Shown here: positions 40,574-51,620 of the stretch, one piece after another | How positions within the stretch are numbered: position 1 is the stretch's first letter | Layout: each line of letters opens with the position of its first letter | NCBI RefSeq assembly: GCF_009914755.1 | Contig: NC_060931.1 | Length of the DNA stretch: 64,000 nt | Strand: one strand, 5' to 3' | Source of the DNA: the human T2T-CHM13v2.0 reference genome, Homo sapiens | Made by a program: the position numbers and the translations under genes | The notes under the pieces: model-generated | The model's input: only the letters and a program-made list of their open reading frames with translations | What the model was told of the DNA's origin: nothing | Database searches by the model: none

Positions 40574-42600
40574 TCTTCCTTTCACAGAAGGCTTCTCTGT
40601 AGTTTGCAAAGCTGTTTAATAACATTTTACCCACAGCAGAATTTATTTCAAAATTATAATCAAGCCTCTCAAACCCCGCCACTGCTTTATCAACCAAGTT
40701 TATGTAATATTGTAAATCTTTTGCTTTCATTTCAACAGTGTTCACAGCCTCTTCACCAGGAATATATTCCATCTCAGGAAACCACTTCCTTTCCTCATCC
40801 ATGAGAAGCAACTCCTCATCCAAGAAAGTTTTATCATGAGATTGCAGCAATTTACTGTCATCTTTAGGCTCTGCTTCTAATTCTAGTTCTCCTGCTATTT
40901 CTACCATGTTGCAAGGCCTTCTCTACTGATGTCTTGAACCCCTCAAATTTATCCATGAGAGTTGAAATCAACTTCTTCCAAACTCCTGTTAATGTAGATA
41001 TTTTGAGCTCCTTCCATGAATCACAAATGTTTTTAATGACACCTAGAATGGTGAATTCTTTCGAAAGCAAGATTTGAGAAAGCAAGATTTTCAATTTGCT
41101 TTACCCAGATCCCTCAGAAGAATCACGATCTATGGCAGGGATAGCCTTATGAAATCTAAATCTTAAAAAATAAGATTTGAAAGTCAAAATTACTCCTTGA
41201 TCCATGGGATACAGAATGGTTGCTGTGTTATTAGGCATGCAAACAGCATTGATCTCTTTCTACATCTCCATCAGAGCTCTTGGGTCACCAGGAGCATTGT
41301 CTATGAGCAGTAATATTTTGAAAGGAATCTTTCTTTTTGGGCTCTAGGTCTCAAGAGTGGGCTTAAAATATTCAGTAAACCATGCTGTAAACAGATGTGC
41401 TATCATCCAGGCTTTTTCCTTCCATTTCTAGAGCACAGGCAGAGTAGATTTAGTATAATTCTTAAGGGCTCTAAGATTTTTGCAATGGTAAATGAATATT
41501 TCAAGTTAATCGCATCAACTGCATTAGGTCCTAAAAAGAGAGTTAGCCTGTCTTTAAGCTTTGAAGCCAGGCATTGACTTCTCCTTTCTAGCTGTGAATG
41601 TCCTGGATGGCATCTTATTCCAGTAAAATCTGTTTTGTCTACAATGAAAATCTGTTTTCTGAAGCCACCTTCATCAATGATCTAAGCTTGATCATCTGGA
41701 TAACATGCTGCTCCTTCTACATTAGCACTTGCTGCTTCACCTTGTACTTTTATGCTGTGGAGATAACTTCTCTCCTTAAATCTCATGAATCACCTCTGCT
41801 AGCTTCTATCTTTTCTTTTGGAGCTTCCTCATCCCTCTCAGCCTTCATAGAACTGAAAAGAGTTAGGGCCTTTCTATGGATTAGATTTTGGCTTAAGGAA
41901 ATGTGGCTGGTTTGATCTTCTACCCGGACTTACTGAAATTTTCTTCCTATCATCAATAAGGCTGTTTTGACTTCTTATCATTATATGTTCACAGGAGTAG
42001 CACTTTAAATTTTCTTCAATAAGTTTTTATTTTCATTGATGTCTTGGCTATTTAGCGCAAGAGGCCTAACTCTCAGCCTGTCTTGGCTTTCAACATGCTT
42101 TCCTGACCAAGCTTTATCATTTACAGCTTTTGATTTAAATTGAGAAACGTGCAACTTCTCCTTTCACTTGAACACTCAGAAGCCATGATAGAGTTATTCA
42201 TTGGCCTAATTCTGATATTGTTGTCCCTAAGAGAATAGGGAGGCTCTGGGAGAGGGAGAGAGATGGGGAATGGCCAGTCAATTGAGCAGTCAGAACCACA
42301 CAACATTTATTGATTTTGTTCTCTGTCTTATATGGGTGTAGTTTGTGGTGTCCAAAACAACTAAAATAGTACCATCAAAGATCACTGATTACAGGTCACC
42401 ATAACAGATATAATAAAACTGAAAAAGTTGGAAATACTGCACGTATTACCGAAATGTGAGCCAGAGACATGAAGTGAGCACGTGCTGTTGGAAAAATTGC
42501 TCCAAAGACTTGCTTTACACAAGGTTCCCACAAATGTTCAATTTGTAAAAAGTGCAGTATCATGAATCACAACAGAGAGTGATAAAGTGAGGTATGCCTG
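40574..42600 (-). mobile_element. Tigger1 DNA transposon, 3'-truncated, with a decayed transposase
   Basis: 5' TIR ...gaggtatgcctg plus TA at 42600; ORF pieces MVEIAGELELE..LLQSHDKT..DEELLLMDE and KNICDSW..VWKKL match Tigger1/TIGD1. Confidence 0.95.
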
Positions 42601-42733
42601 TATTTTCATTTACATTTTAAATTTATATAATTTACTTATAATTAACTTTCTGATGCTTTTTATTTCTTTATCCCTTTTCATAGATTCATAATTCCACATA
42701 GTATCATTTACCTTCTGCCTGACAAAATTACTT

Positions 42734-42871
42734 AAGGACATGAACTCATCCTTTTTTATGGCTGCATAGTATTCCATGGTGTATATGTGCCACATTTTCT
42801 TAATCCAGTCTATCATTGATGGACATTTGGGTTGGTTCCAAGTCTTTGCTATTGTGAATAGTGCCACAGTA
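42734..42871 (-). mobile_element. Isolated young L1PA internal fragment (end of ORF2)
   Basis: Encodes [46 protein letters not shown]; has no 3' end or tail. Confidence 0.92.
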
Positions 42872-43030
42872 AAAATTACCATCCTCTTAAATAACAGAAA
42901 TTTTCTCCCTTATTCAGATGTCTGAAATCAGTATCGCTGGGGTCTGGGGCCAAAATAGAGGTGTTGGCGGGGCCCCACTCCCTCTAGAGACTTCAGGAGA
43001 TAATTAATTCCTTGACTATTTCTATTTCTT
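42872..43030 (-). mobile_element. MLT1 (E-like) LTR fragment
   Basis: aaattacc...cttaaataacagaaatt...gtctgaaatcagtatcgctggg...ctccctctagagact. Confidence 0.65.
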
Positions 43031-43058
43031 TTAGATTTTTGGTGGCCGAGAGGAGGGC

Positions 43059-43160
43059 AGGGTCTTGCTTTGCCAACCAGGCTGGAGTGCAGATCACAGC
43101 TCATTGCAGCCGTGACTTACTGGGCTGAAGTGATCTTCCCACCTCAGCCTCTGTAGTAAC
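43059..43160 (-). mobile_element. AluJ/FRAM fragment
   Basis: caggctggagtgca...cacagctcattgcagcc...gatcttcccacctcagcctc. Confidence 0.75.
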
Positions 43161-43179
43161 CGTAAAAACTGGAGTGAAC

Positions 43180-44570
43180 ATGTGTTTCATTTCTGTTATT
43201 GGTAATTTCCTTTCTCTTTTTCCATGATTTGTCTGACTAGAAGTTTATCGCTTTTATTGATATACTCAAATAACTAGATTTGGTTCCACTGATTTTTTTC
43301 TATTCATTTTCTGTTTTCTATTTCATCAATTTGTATTTTAATGTTTATTATTCTACATCTTCTGTTTAATTTGGGTCCACTTTGCTCTTTCTTTTTATTT
43401 CTCCTTCTTTTTTTAAATGCCTAAATGTGTCATGGAAGCTGAACTTTTCTTTTTAATACAGCTGTTTATTACATTTTATTCCCCAAATGTACTTTAGCCA
43501 CATCATCAAAATTTTGAGTTCTTTTGCTTTCATTTTCATTCACCTGAAAACACTTTGATTTCCCTTTTGATTTCTTCTTTGACCCATGGGTTATTTAAAA
43601 ACTTATACTTTTGTTTATAAATATTTGAAAAATGTATTAGTTTCCTAGAGTTGCCATAAAAATATACCACAAACTGGTCAGTTTAAAACCAAAGAAATTT
43701 ATTTTCTTACTGTTATGAAGGCTAGAAGTCTGAAATCAAAGTGTCAGCAGAACTTTGCTCTCTCTTTAAGACTTTGAAAAAGAATGATTTCTTGCCGACA
43801 TCTGGCTTCTAATGGTGGCTAGCAGGTCTTGGAATTCCTTGGTTAAATCACTCCGATCTCTCTGCCATCACATGCTGTTCTGTGGGTGTGTCTATGTGTC
43901 TTTTCTCCTCTTATGAGGACACAAGTCATAAAGAATTAAGGGCCCACCCTACTCCAATATGACCTCATCTTTACTTAACTAGTTATATCTGCAAAAACCC
44001 TGTTTCCAAATAAGGTCAAATTTTGAGGTTCTGGGAAGGATGGGAATTTTAGTTGACACTATTCAACCCATTATAGGGAAAATTCCACATTTTTTTTTGT
44101 TTCTAATTTTCTAATCTTTCTGGTTTCTAATTAACTTCCGTTGTGGTCAGATTACTTACGTATTATGTGAGACTTGTTTTGTGGAGCATATTATGCTATC
44201 TTGGCAAATGTCTACATCGATTGGAAAATAATGTATATTCTAGTGTTTCTGTATGGAGTTTCTAATGACTATCATTTTGGTCAAGTTGGTTGATAGTTTT
44301 ATTCAAGGTCTCTGTATACTTATTAATTTTCTATTTTTTCTATTTCCTACTGAAAGAGAAACTTAGAAAAATCTAAAAATAAAGTCATCAACTTGTTTAT
44401 TTCTTCTTCAAGTCCTATCAATTTTCCTTCAAATATATTTAGGTTCTGCTGTTAAGTTCATAAACATTTAAAATTGTTACATCTTCTGGATGAGATAACT
44501 TTTTGTTATTATAAAATGACCTGTCTTTGTACCTGGTAATATTTTCTGCTTTTAAATCTGCTTTATACAA
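43180..44570 (-). mobile_element. Old L1M ORF2 (endonuclease region) fragment split by MLT1C
   Basis: gatttcttctttgacccatgggttattt; ttgtggtcaga; caagttggttgatag; HPEDVTILNVY remnant. Confidence 0.75.
43633..44075 (-). mobile_element. MLT1C-like solo LTR
   Basis: tgtattagtttcctagag...ccctactccaatatgacctcatc...tttccaaataaggtca...attcaaccca. Confidence 0.87.
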
Positions 44571-44959
44571 AACTAATTCCCGATTTTTGGGGATCAGTGA
44601 AAGGAAATGGTGATTCAAAATGAAATTGACAGTAGTAAGATGTAAAATACAAACTGTCATTAAAACAATCAAGAAAAATTTAATTTTAATGAATTTCGGC
44701 CTTTTTATTCACTTCCAATTTAATTATTTTGGGGAATACTAATATTTATTAGAACTTTAAGGATATCATAATACAGTATCTCTTATGTCCACAAGTGTTT
44801 TAATTAATTTGTAAATGAATATAACTAATAAACCATTATTTGTACAAATTTGTAAAAAGTACCTTATGTATACGTAAGAAAGGTTCTGATTGAATTAGAA
44901 TCAACCTCAATACAGATTGTTGATTTTTATACAGTGTGCAATTCAATTCAAATTTACTA

Positions 44960-44982
44960 CACACACACACACACACACACAC
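44960..44982. repeat. (CA)n microsatellite
   Basis: Seen directly. Confidence 0.95.
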
Positions 44983-45080
44983 TCAACTTTATTTGTATCC
45001 CAAAATGTGTGAAAGTATAATCTATGGCTGCTTTTTTACTGCAACGAAAGAATTGAGTGCTTCTACTTGGGCTGGTATGG

Positions 45081-45110
45081 GGTTACAGGCATGAGCCACC
45101 GTGCCTGGCC
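45081..45110 (-). mobile_element. Alu 5' terminal remnant (~30 bp)
   Basis: ttacaggcatgagccaccgtgcctggcc. Confidence 0.75.
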
Positions 45111-45292
45111 TCATTTCCCCTTTTATATGAGCCCAACTTTGAGTTTATAGAAGAGTCTCTTATAGAGGGGTAGGTTCCAGTGTCTCACATTCTGTGTCCC
45201 CCCACCTTTTTTTAAATCTATTTTTATTTAGTAGGCCAGGAAACTATTATTTCCTCTAGGGTGAGAAAACTAGTTATGACTGATAACTATGG

Positions 45293-45520
45293 CTGTTGCA
45301 AACTGATGGGCAACCTTCAATATCCATTTCCCCCTTCCTTTATTAGGAAATTTTTAAAATTTTAATTGGGAAACTTGCCACTATGAAAAAAATGCCAATT
45401 ATATTTCTTAGCCTCCTTCGAAGTTAGATATGGCCATGTTACCAAGTTATGACCAAATATATATACGTGCATGTGATATTAACAACTTATAGGTTATGAC
45501 ATTAAATGCAATGGCTTGCC
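45293..45520 (+). mobile_element. LTR33-like (ERVL) LTR, 5' part
   Basis: atccatttcccccttcctt...atatttcttagcctccttcgaagttagatatggccatgttaccaagtt. Confidence 0.55.
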
Positions 45521-46619
45521 CTTAATAAAGTATAATTTTCAGAAAGATAAAATATTATGGCACTGAAGCAAATAGAAAAAGAGTATGTGTCAAAGATATT
45601 ATTTAACATAATAATTAACAAGGGAATAAGCAAGATGTTATGACAGGTTAAAAGACCATCTGAAAATCAAGAATATTATAGGCAATTTGACAAAAAAATA
45701 TCTAAATAAGATGATTGAGTTACATATAAAACAGGATAGTGGCTAACAGGGTCATAACATTAACAAATTAGCAAGCATCTTCACTAAGACTGAGACTGTT
45801 AATTAATAACAGTGAGGTTAACTAAGTACATTATCCAGTGCTTGTGTGGACTTTGCTTCCCTAAGACATTGAAAAGATTTACCATCCATTTTTTTCTTTG
45901 TTCCTAAGGTTTAGGTAATTTTTCTGTCACATTCCAGGTTTTTTTTTTCATGGAATGTTAATTATTGCCAGGAGCTGAAGTAAACATCCTAATTCTAAAA
46001 ATGGTCTTATAAATGAAAGGGAAACATGTTTAGGAGGGTCATGGGTACCTAAGAGCAACAAAGACATTGACTTTTCTTGAGAAGACTCTGGATTTTATGT
46101 AGATAGGGCAGCTTTCTTGATAAAATGTTCTGGGTTCTTTATAGCTAAGTCTTTATCCTAACTAACATAATTTTCTCCCAAAAGTTGGTCACTAAAATAA
46201 AAACTAATTTTTTTTAACAGTTGACTGGAATGCACTGAGGAAGCATATATTGTGTACTAGGAAATTTGCGAATCCTGTTAATCCATAGCTAGGTATAACT
46301 GCTGCTTGCGATATATCGGAATCCAGGCCACAAGCTGACTGAATTTACAAGTGCTTTCAGAATTAATATTGGTTTGTGTCAGTTTCTTCTCTCACCAAAG
46401 ACCTATAGGTGGGAGAAGAAATCAAGCCGTACTTGCATATGTTGAAAGCAGAGAAGGAAGAGAGTACAGCTTTGCTAAGGGAGACTCTTGATGCCTGTAG
46501 CCTGCCCTCTAGATTGAGGGATAAAACCATAATTGGAAGCCTGTCAGAGGTCAAAACAATGAGTGATTCTGTACCTTCAAATTAAACCAGTGACATCAGG
46601 AAGCTCTGAAAGAGTGAAG

Positions 46620-46763
46620 ACTGATTATGTCCAAGCCTCTGTACTCGACTAGACCACAACCTCAGATTATTATATGAGAATGGCATACATTTTTGCCTTG
46701 TTTATACCACTGTGTTTTGGGGTATATTTTTAAGAGATAATCCTAAACCTGCTTAAATAATAC
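46620..46763 (+). mobile_element. LTR33-like LTR, 3' part
   Basis: atatgaga...cttgtttataccactgtgttttgggg...taatcctaa...aataca. Confidence 0.45.
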
Positions 46764-47439
46764 AAGTATTGTTTCAAATATAGTGTGCATTCCTCTAGTC
46801 CTTCAGGTTCTTAGCTTTTTATATTCAAAAGTTTGGACTCCCCCAAATCAAAAACTTTGATGTCCTAGATAAAAAAATTCTTTAGTTTTGCTGTCTTCCT
46901 CAGGCAATGAATGCTGCCGATTCTTTGAAGAAAGGGCAAAGAGTGTTAGGAAACTGTGTTCATATATGCATGTCTGCATCAACAAATAGCCCCAGATATT
47001 ATTCTGCCATAGAAAAAACTCTTTTCATCTTGTTTACTTCAATCCTGAGAGAAATGTACATTATTGTTTCATCTCTCTCCCTCAAGATTGCTATATCACA
47101 AATGGAATATTACTTTTAACTGCTTTATTTGCTTTTAAGATATCCCAAGCATACCCCTCGTTGGCTCAGTTACTCTCAAATTTTATTACATTGCTCTGTA
47201 ATTTCAAATTCTCATTCTTTGCAAACTATTTCAAATCTTTTTCAATGTCTTTAAAAATCCCAAACACTCCCTCTTTTTTCATGTGTACCTCATGGAGAAC
47301 ATTTAAGTATATTAGCTACAACACTATTAAATCCTTAATATCACATTTATAATCCAACCATCTTTGACACATCTTTAACATCAGCCATTCTTTTTAGATT
47401 GGTTTCATCAGTGACGGTATGGCTCCCCTTAACTAAAGC

Positions 47440-48700
47440 AAAATAATCTCCCGTGCTTTAAATACTTTTTAAAGTGGGAGTTTCCTCGCACTTTTTTTCT
47501 GAGCATTATCAGTTATTCCTTCTTTCTTCTCTATAACCACTAGTTGTTTTTAACTGGATTAATTGTATGACTATTATAAACATGACTGAAAAAAAATTCC
47601 TCCCTTAACACCATGTATTCCTCCACCACTTGACTTACCTCTTGTCTTCCATCCACAGCCCAGCTTCTCAAAACATATTTTTTTATAACCACAGGATTAA
47701 TTTGTTCACTTGGCACACACTTGTCATCCCCATATTTCTCAAAACAGGGGTTCCATGTTGTCAAAGCTCATGTGTATTTTCAGTCCTCATCTTCCTTCTT
47801 TATTCCTAAAACACTCTCATTGGCTTGTGTGATTATGCTTTCTGTTGTTATTTTCCCCTGGGCATTGCTCCTTCTCATTCTCCTTTCCTGGTTTCTCTTC
47901 ATTTCCATGTACAAGGAATAGGGGGTTTCCTTAAAGTGCTGATACCCTCTCTCTACTGACTCCCAGGGCATTATATATCACCATAGTCTAAATTCTGCTA
48001 TTGAGCATTAATTGATTGCCCAGACCTCTCCTGTGAGCTTGTGTCTAACTGCCTTCCTAAGACAGCAACTAGGAGGCCTTATGGACAACTGAAATTTGAC
48101 ATGTTTAAGATTAAACATATGATGTTTCCCAACAATACCTCTTGCCATGTCCTATCAACTTTAACTTAAATATCTTTCAAATATTTCAGCTTCTTTCCAT
48201 CTGCACTGCCACCACTTTAAGCTACAATCATACCCCACCTAATCTAGAGCAGTAGACCCTCGGTAACTTTTCCCTCAGACATGTTGGAGACCCCTGGAAT
48301 TTGCATTCTGCGGTAAAGGCATATTTTAAAAAGCAGACATCTACTTATGTTTCCTGGCATAAACATTTAGATGACTTACCTTTACACATGGGATACAGAC
48401 TTAACTATAAGCATGTCCTATAGTCTGGCATGAAGGGGTCCCAACACTTTTCCATGGGCCTATGCTACCCTTTGATGTCTGTTCTGTTATCCTCAACTTC
48501 TTTTATTTCTTCAACTGTGCCATGCTTTTTTTCTACCACACAGTCTTTGCATATGTTCCTTTTCTCTAGGTTTTTCTCCAACTCTTTGCACAGGAACCCC
48601 CTACACATTTTTCCATGATACTTCCCAGGGTTTTTTGTATATCTATGAGCGATATTTACTCATTCAAGTCTAGTTTAGGTATTATAGTATAGATAAACTT
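47440..48700 (+). mobile_element. L2 body
   Basis: ttccatgttgtcaaa..ttttcagtcctcatctt; cccagacctctcctgtgagct; gaaatttgacatgttta. Confidence 0.65.
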
Positions 48701-48916
48701 GCATATGATGTGGTTCCTTCTCACTAGAGTTTACATTCTGCTTCAGACAGATGAAGTAAAATACCAATACACAAAATGACAACATAGTATCCATATATCA
48801 ATGCAATTATATTTAAAAAGAACACATGCATTTAACATCTTCTGTGTATGAAGGATTGTAAGAGGTCTTGTCATGTGTTTTGTACTACAGAAGCTCTCAG
48901 TTTATCATAGTTAACA

Positions 48917-49244
<328 letters not shown>

Positions 49245-50082
49245 TTATTATAGAAACTGTATAAAAAGAAGCTTATTTTGATAGAAAGATGATGCAAAAG
49301 ATTATAATAGTTTATGTATTATAATGAGGGATATAGCAGTGTTACACAAGAGAAATAAAAGAGAATACATATTATGAGTTCAGTTGTGGGCAAAAATAAT
49401 ATAAAGAACTTTAATGGAAAAAGACTTTAACTGGGGCTTTACCATTTAAGAATGGTGGGTAGAATTTGGATATATAAAGATGTTTCTACCATGAACAAAT
49501 AATATTTATAGAGAGACAAAGATAAAAAAGGTCCAGTCTTTTTTAGGATGCAAAAGGTGATCATTTTGATTATTGCAAAGGAATCATGTAAATAAGATAG
49601 ACGGTAAGAATAAACAGTTAAATTTGGGTCATATTTTTGAATTTCCTAGTAAAATATTAAAGAGATGGTAGTTCTAGCTTCTCTCACAAATACAAAATAT
49701 GTGTCTGTAAAAAAAAATTCTATTTTAATGACCTTTTCAGGTTAAAATCATACAAAAGAGACAATGTGGGAGATGGAGCAGATTTACCTAAATAAATTAT
49801 GTTATTATGACATTCTGTATCCTTATCATGTTACATGTATTACATTAGACTACCTGTTTTAATGGCTTAAGTCATGGTTTATTTTCCCAGACTGTCATAT
49901 ATCAAACACTTAGAAAATGTTTAATTAATAAATAAATATTTCTGGCTTTGGAATATAAAGTTGATTACAATATGGGTTTTGAATCTTATAAGTAAGCTTA
50001 CATTAAAACAAATTATCAGTGTTAACTGGAACTTTGTTTTGGGAGTATCAAACAAGTTTTTAAAATCATTTATCTGGGATGA

Positions 50083-50443
50083 TAATATGGTTTAGCTGTG
50101 TCCCCACCCAAATCTCATCTTGAATTGTAACTCCCATGTGTTGTGGAAAGGACCTAGTGGGAGGTGATTGAACTATGGGGACAGGCCTTTCTTGAGCTGT
50201 TCTTGTGATAGTGAATGAGTCTCATGAGATCTGATGGTTTTAAAAATGGGAGTTTCCCTGCACAAGCTCTCTCTTTGCCTGCCGCCATCCATGTTAAGAG
50301 GTGACTTGCTCTGCCTTACCTTCCACTGTGATTGTGAGGCCTCCCCAACCATGTGGAACTGTAAGTCGATTAAACCTCTTTGTTTTGTAAATTGCCCAGT
50401 CTTGGATATGTCTTTATCAGCAGCATGAAAACAGACTAGTACA
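50083..50443 (+). mobile_element. THE1A/B solo LTR
   Basis: 361 bp taatatggtttagctgtgtccccaccc...gactagtaca; perfect TSD gatga. Confidence 0.94.
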
Positions 50444-51282
50444 GATGAATAGCATTATCTTAAAGAAAAATGTTTAAAAAATGATAAAACCCATCCCATA
50501 AATCTATTAAATTCTAGGAGTTTCTGAAGGTAGCTTGGCAAGCCTGTGAGGCAATATCTATGTTCATATCTGTCTGCATCATCAAGTGTCCAGCTAAGTT
50601 ATTTTTTAATTTAAATGTTTTTTTTCATGGAAATACAAAACAATATGTGCTTCTTTCACAACTGGGGTTTGGAAACAGCCAAATGATCCGGACTGAAGGT
50701 CAGGCCTGGTTATCTATGCAGGTATTCAGGGTTAAATGCAGGTGTGCCTACGGAAGGAGTAAAAGCAGTGACAGATAGCCTGGATGTCGGTGATCTAGGA
50801 GAGGAATGTAATTCCAGAAAAGAATGAACCTAACAGAAAAGCAATTAAACAGGGATGGAATAATAATTAAAATGCAGTTATCATAAACCATAATGGTAGT
50901 ATAATACCAACGTATCAGTATAGACAGGAGAAAGGCAGGTAAGCCTTTAGAAGTTAATGCGTCAGAAAATGTCAGATTAGTGGCATCTGAAATTATGCCA
51001 ACAGGTTTGAGAAAACCCTCGAGGTGTGACCATAGTCCAAATACTGGGTTAGAGAATTACTCAGGTTGAGTATCTTTCATTGATCTTAACTGTGGTGAGT
51101 ATTGGTCCCATAACATGGGTTGAGTGAGCTTCCAGGATGGCCTAACGTTGATTGATCTAATGAAACAGTCAAAGAGGGATAATAATATACTGAATCTACC
51201 TTGACGTGCCTTCTCAAAGTCACCATTGTAAACATCAGTTATTCTACTTTGCTGTATGTGATGTTCAGTAATTACTTTGTGA

Positions 51283-51620
51283 CGTGTTAGTGTCCCATGC
51301 CCTTCAGTCTGGAGAACAGAGCCCATACTATGTAGTAAAATGGAGAGCATGTAAATCTCAGAACTAGTTAGCCTGTAGGAAGAACTAAAAAGCCACACAG
51401 GGGCCATGAAGCAATCCAAAGAATAGCAACAGGAAGATGTTACTATCTTCCCTTGGGCTATAAGGATCAAAGAAAGATACTTTTACCAGGGCTCACAGCC
51501 ATGAAGGCAGATGCTGTCCAGGGAGATGTAGAGACATGGAAAAGACATAGCTAAGAACACAAATGGTATTCCACACCAGTAGTACCCAATGAGCTATAAG
51601 GGACATCCCTGCTCTGAGCT
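51283..51620. mobile_element. Ancient LTR fragment (LTR78/79-like, uncertain)
   Basis: aaaagccacacagggg...gcaatccaaagaatagcaacaggaag...ttaccagggctcacag resembles old eutherian LTRs. Confidence 0.35.

Noticed and set aside
40569-41094. TIGD1-like domesticated transposase
   Set aside because: These are frameshifted pieces inside an ordinary, 3'-truncated Tigger1 copy.
43059-45110. Two Alu fragments as halves of one split Alu
   Set aside because: The intervening L1M and MLT1C are older than Alu and could not have inserted into it, and the pieces are not contiguous in the consensus.
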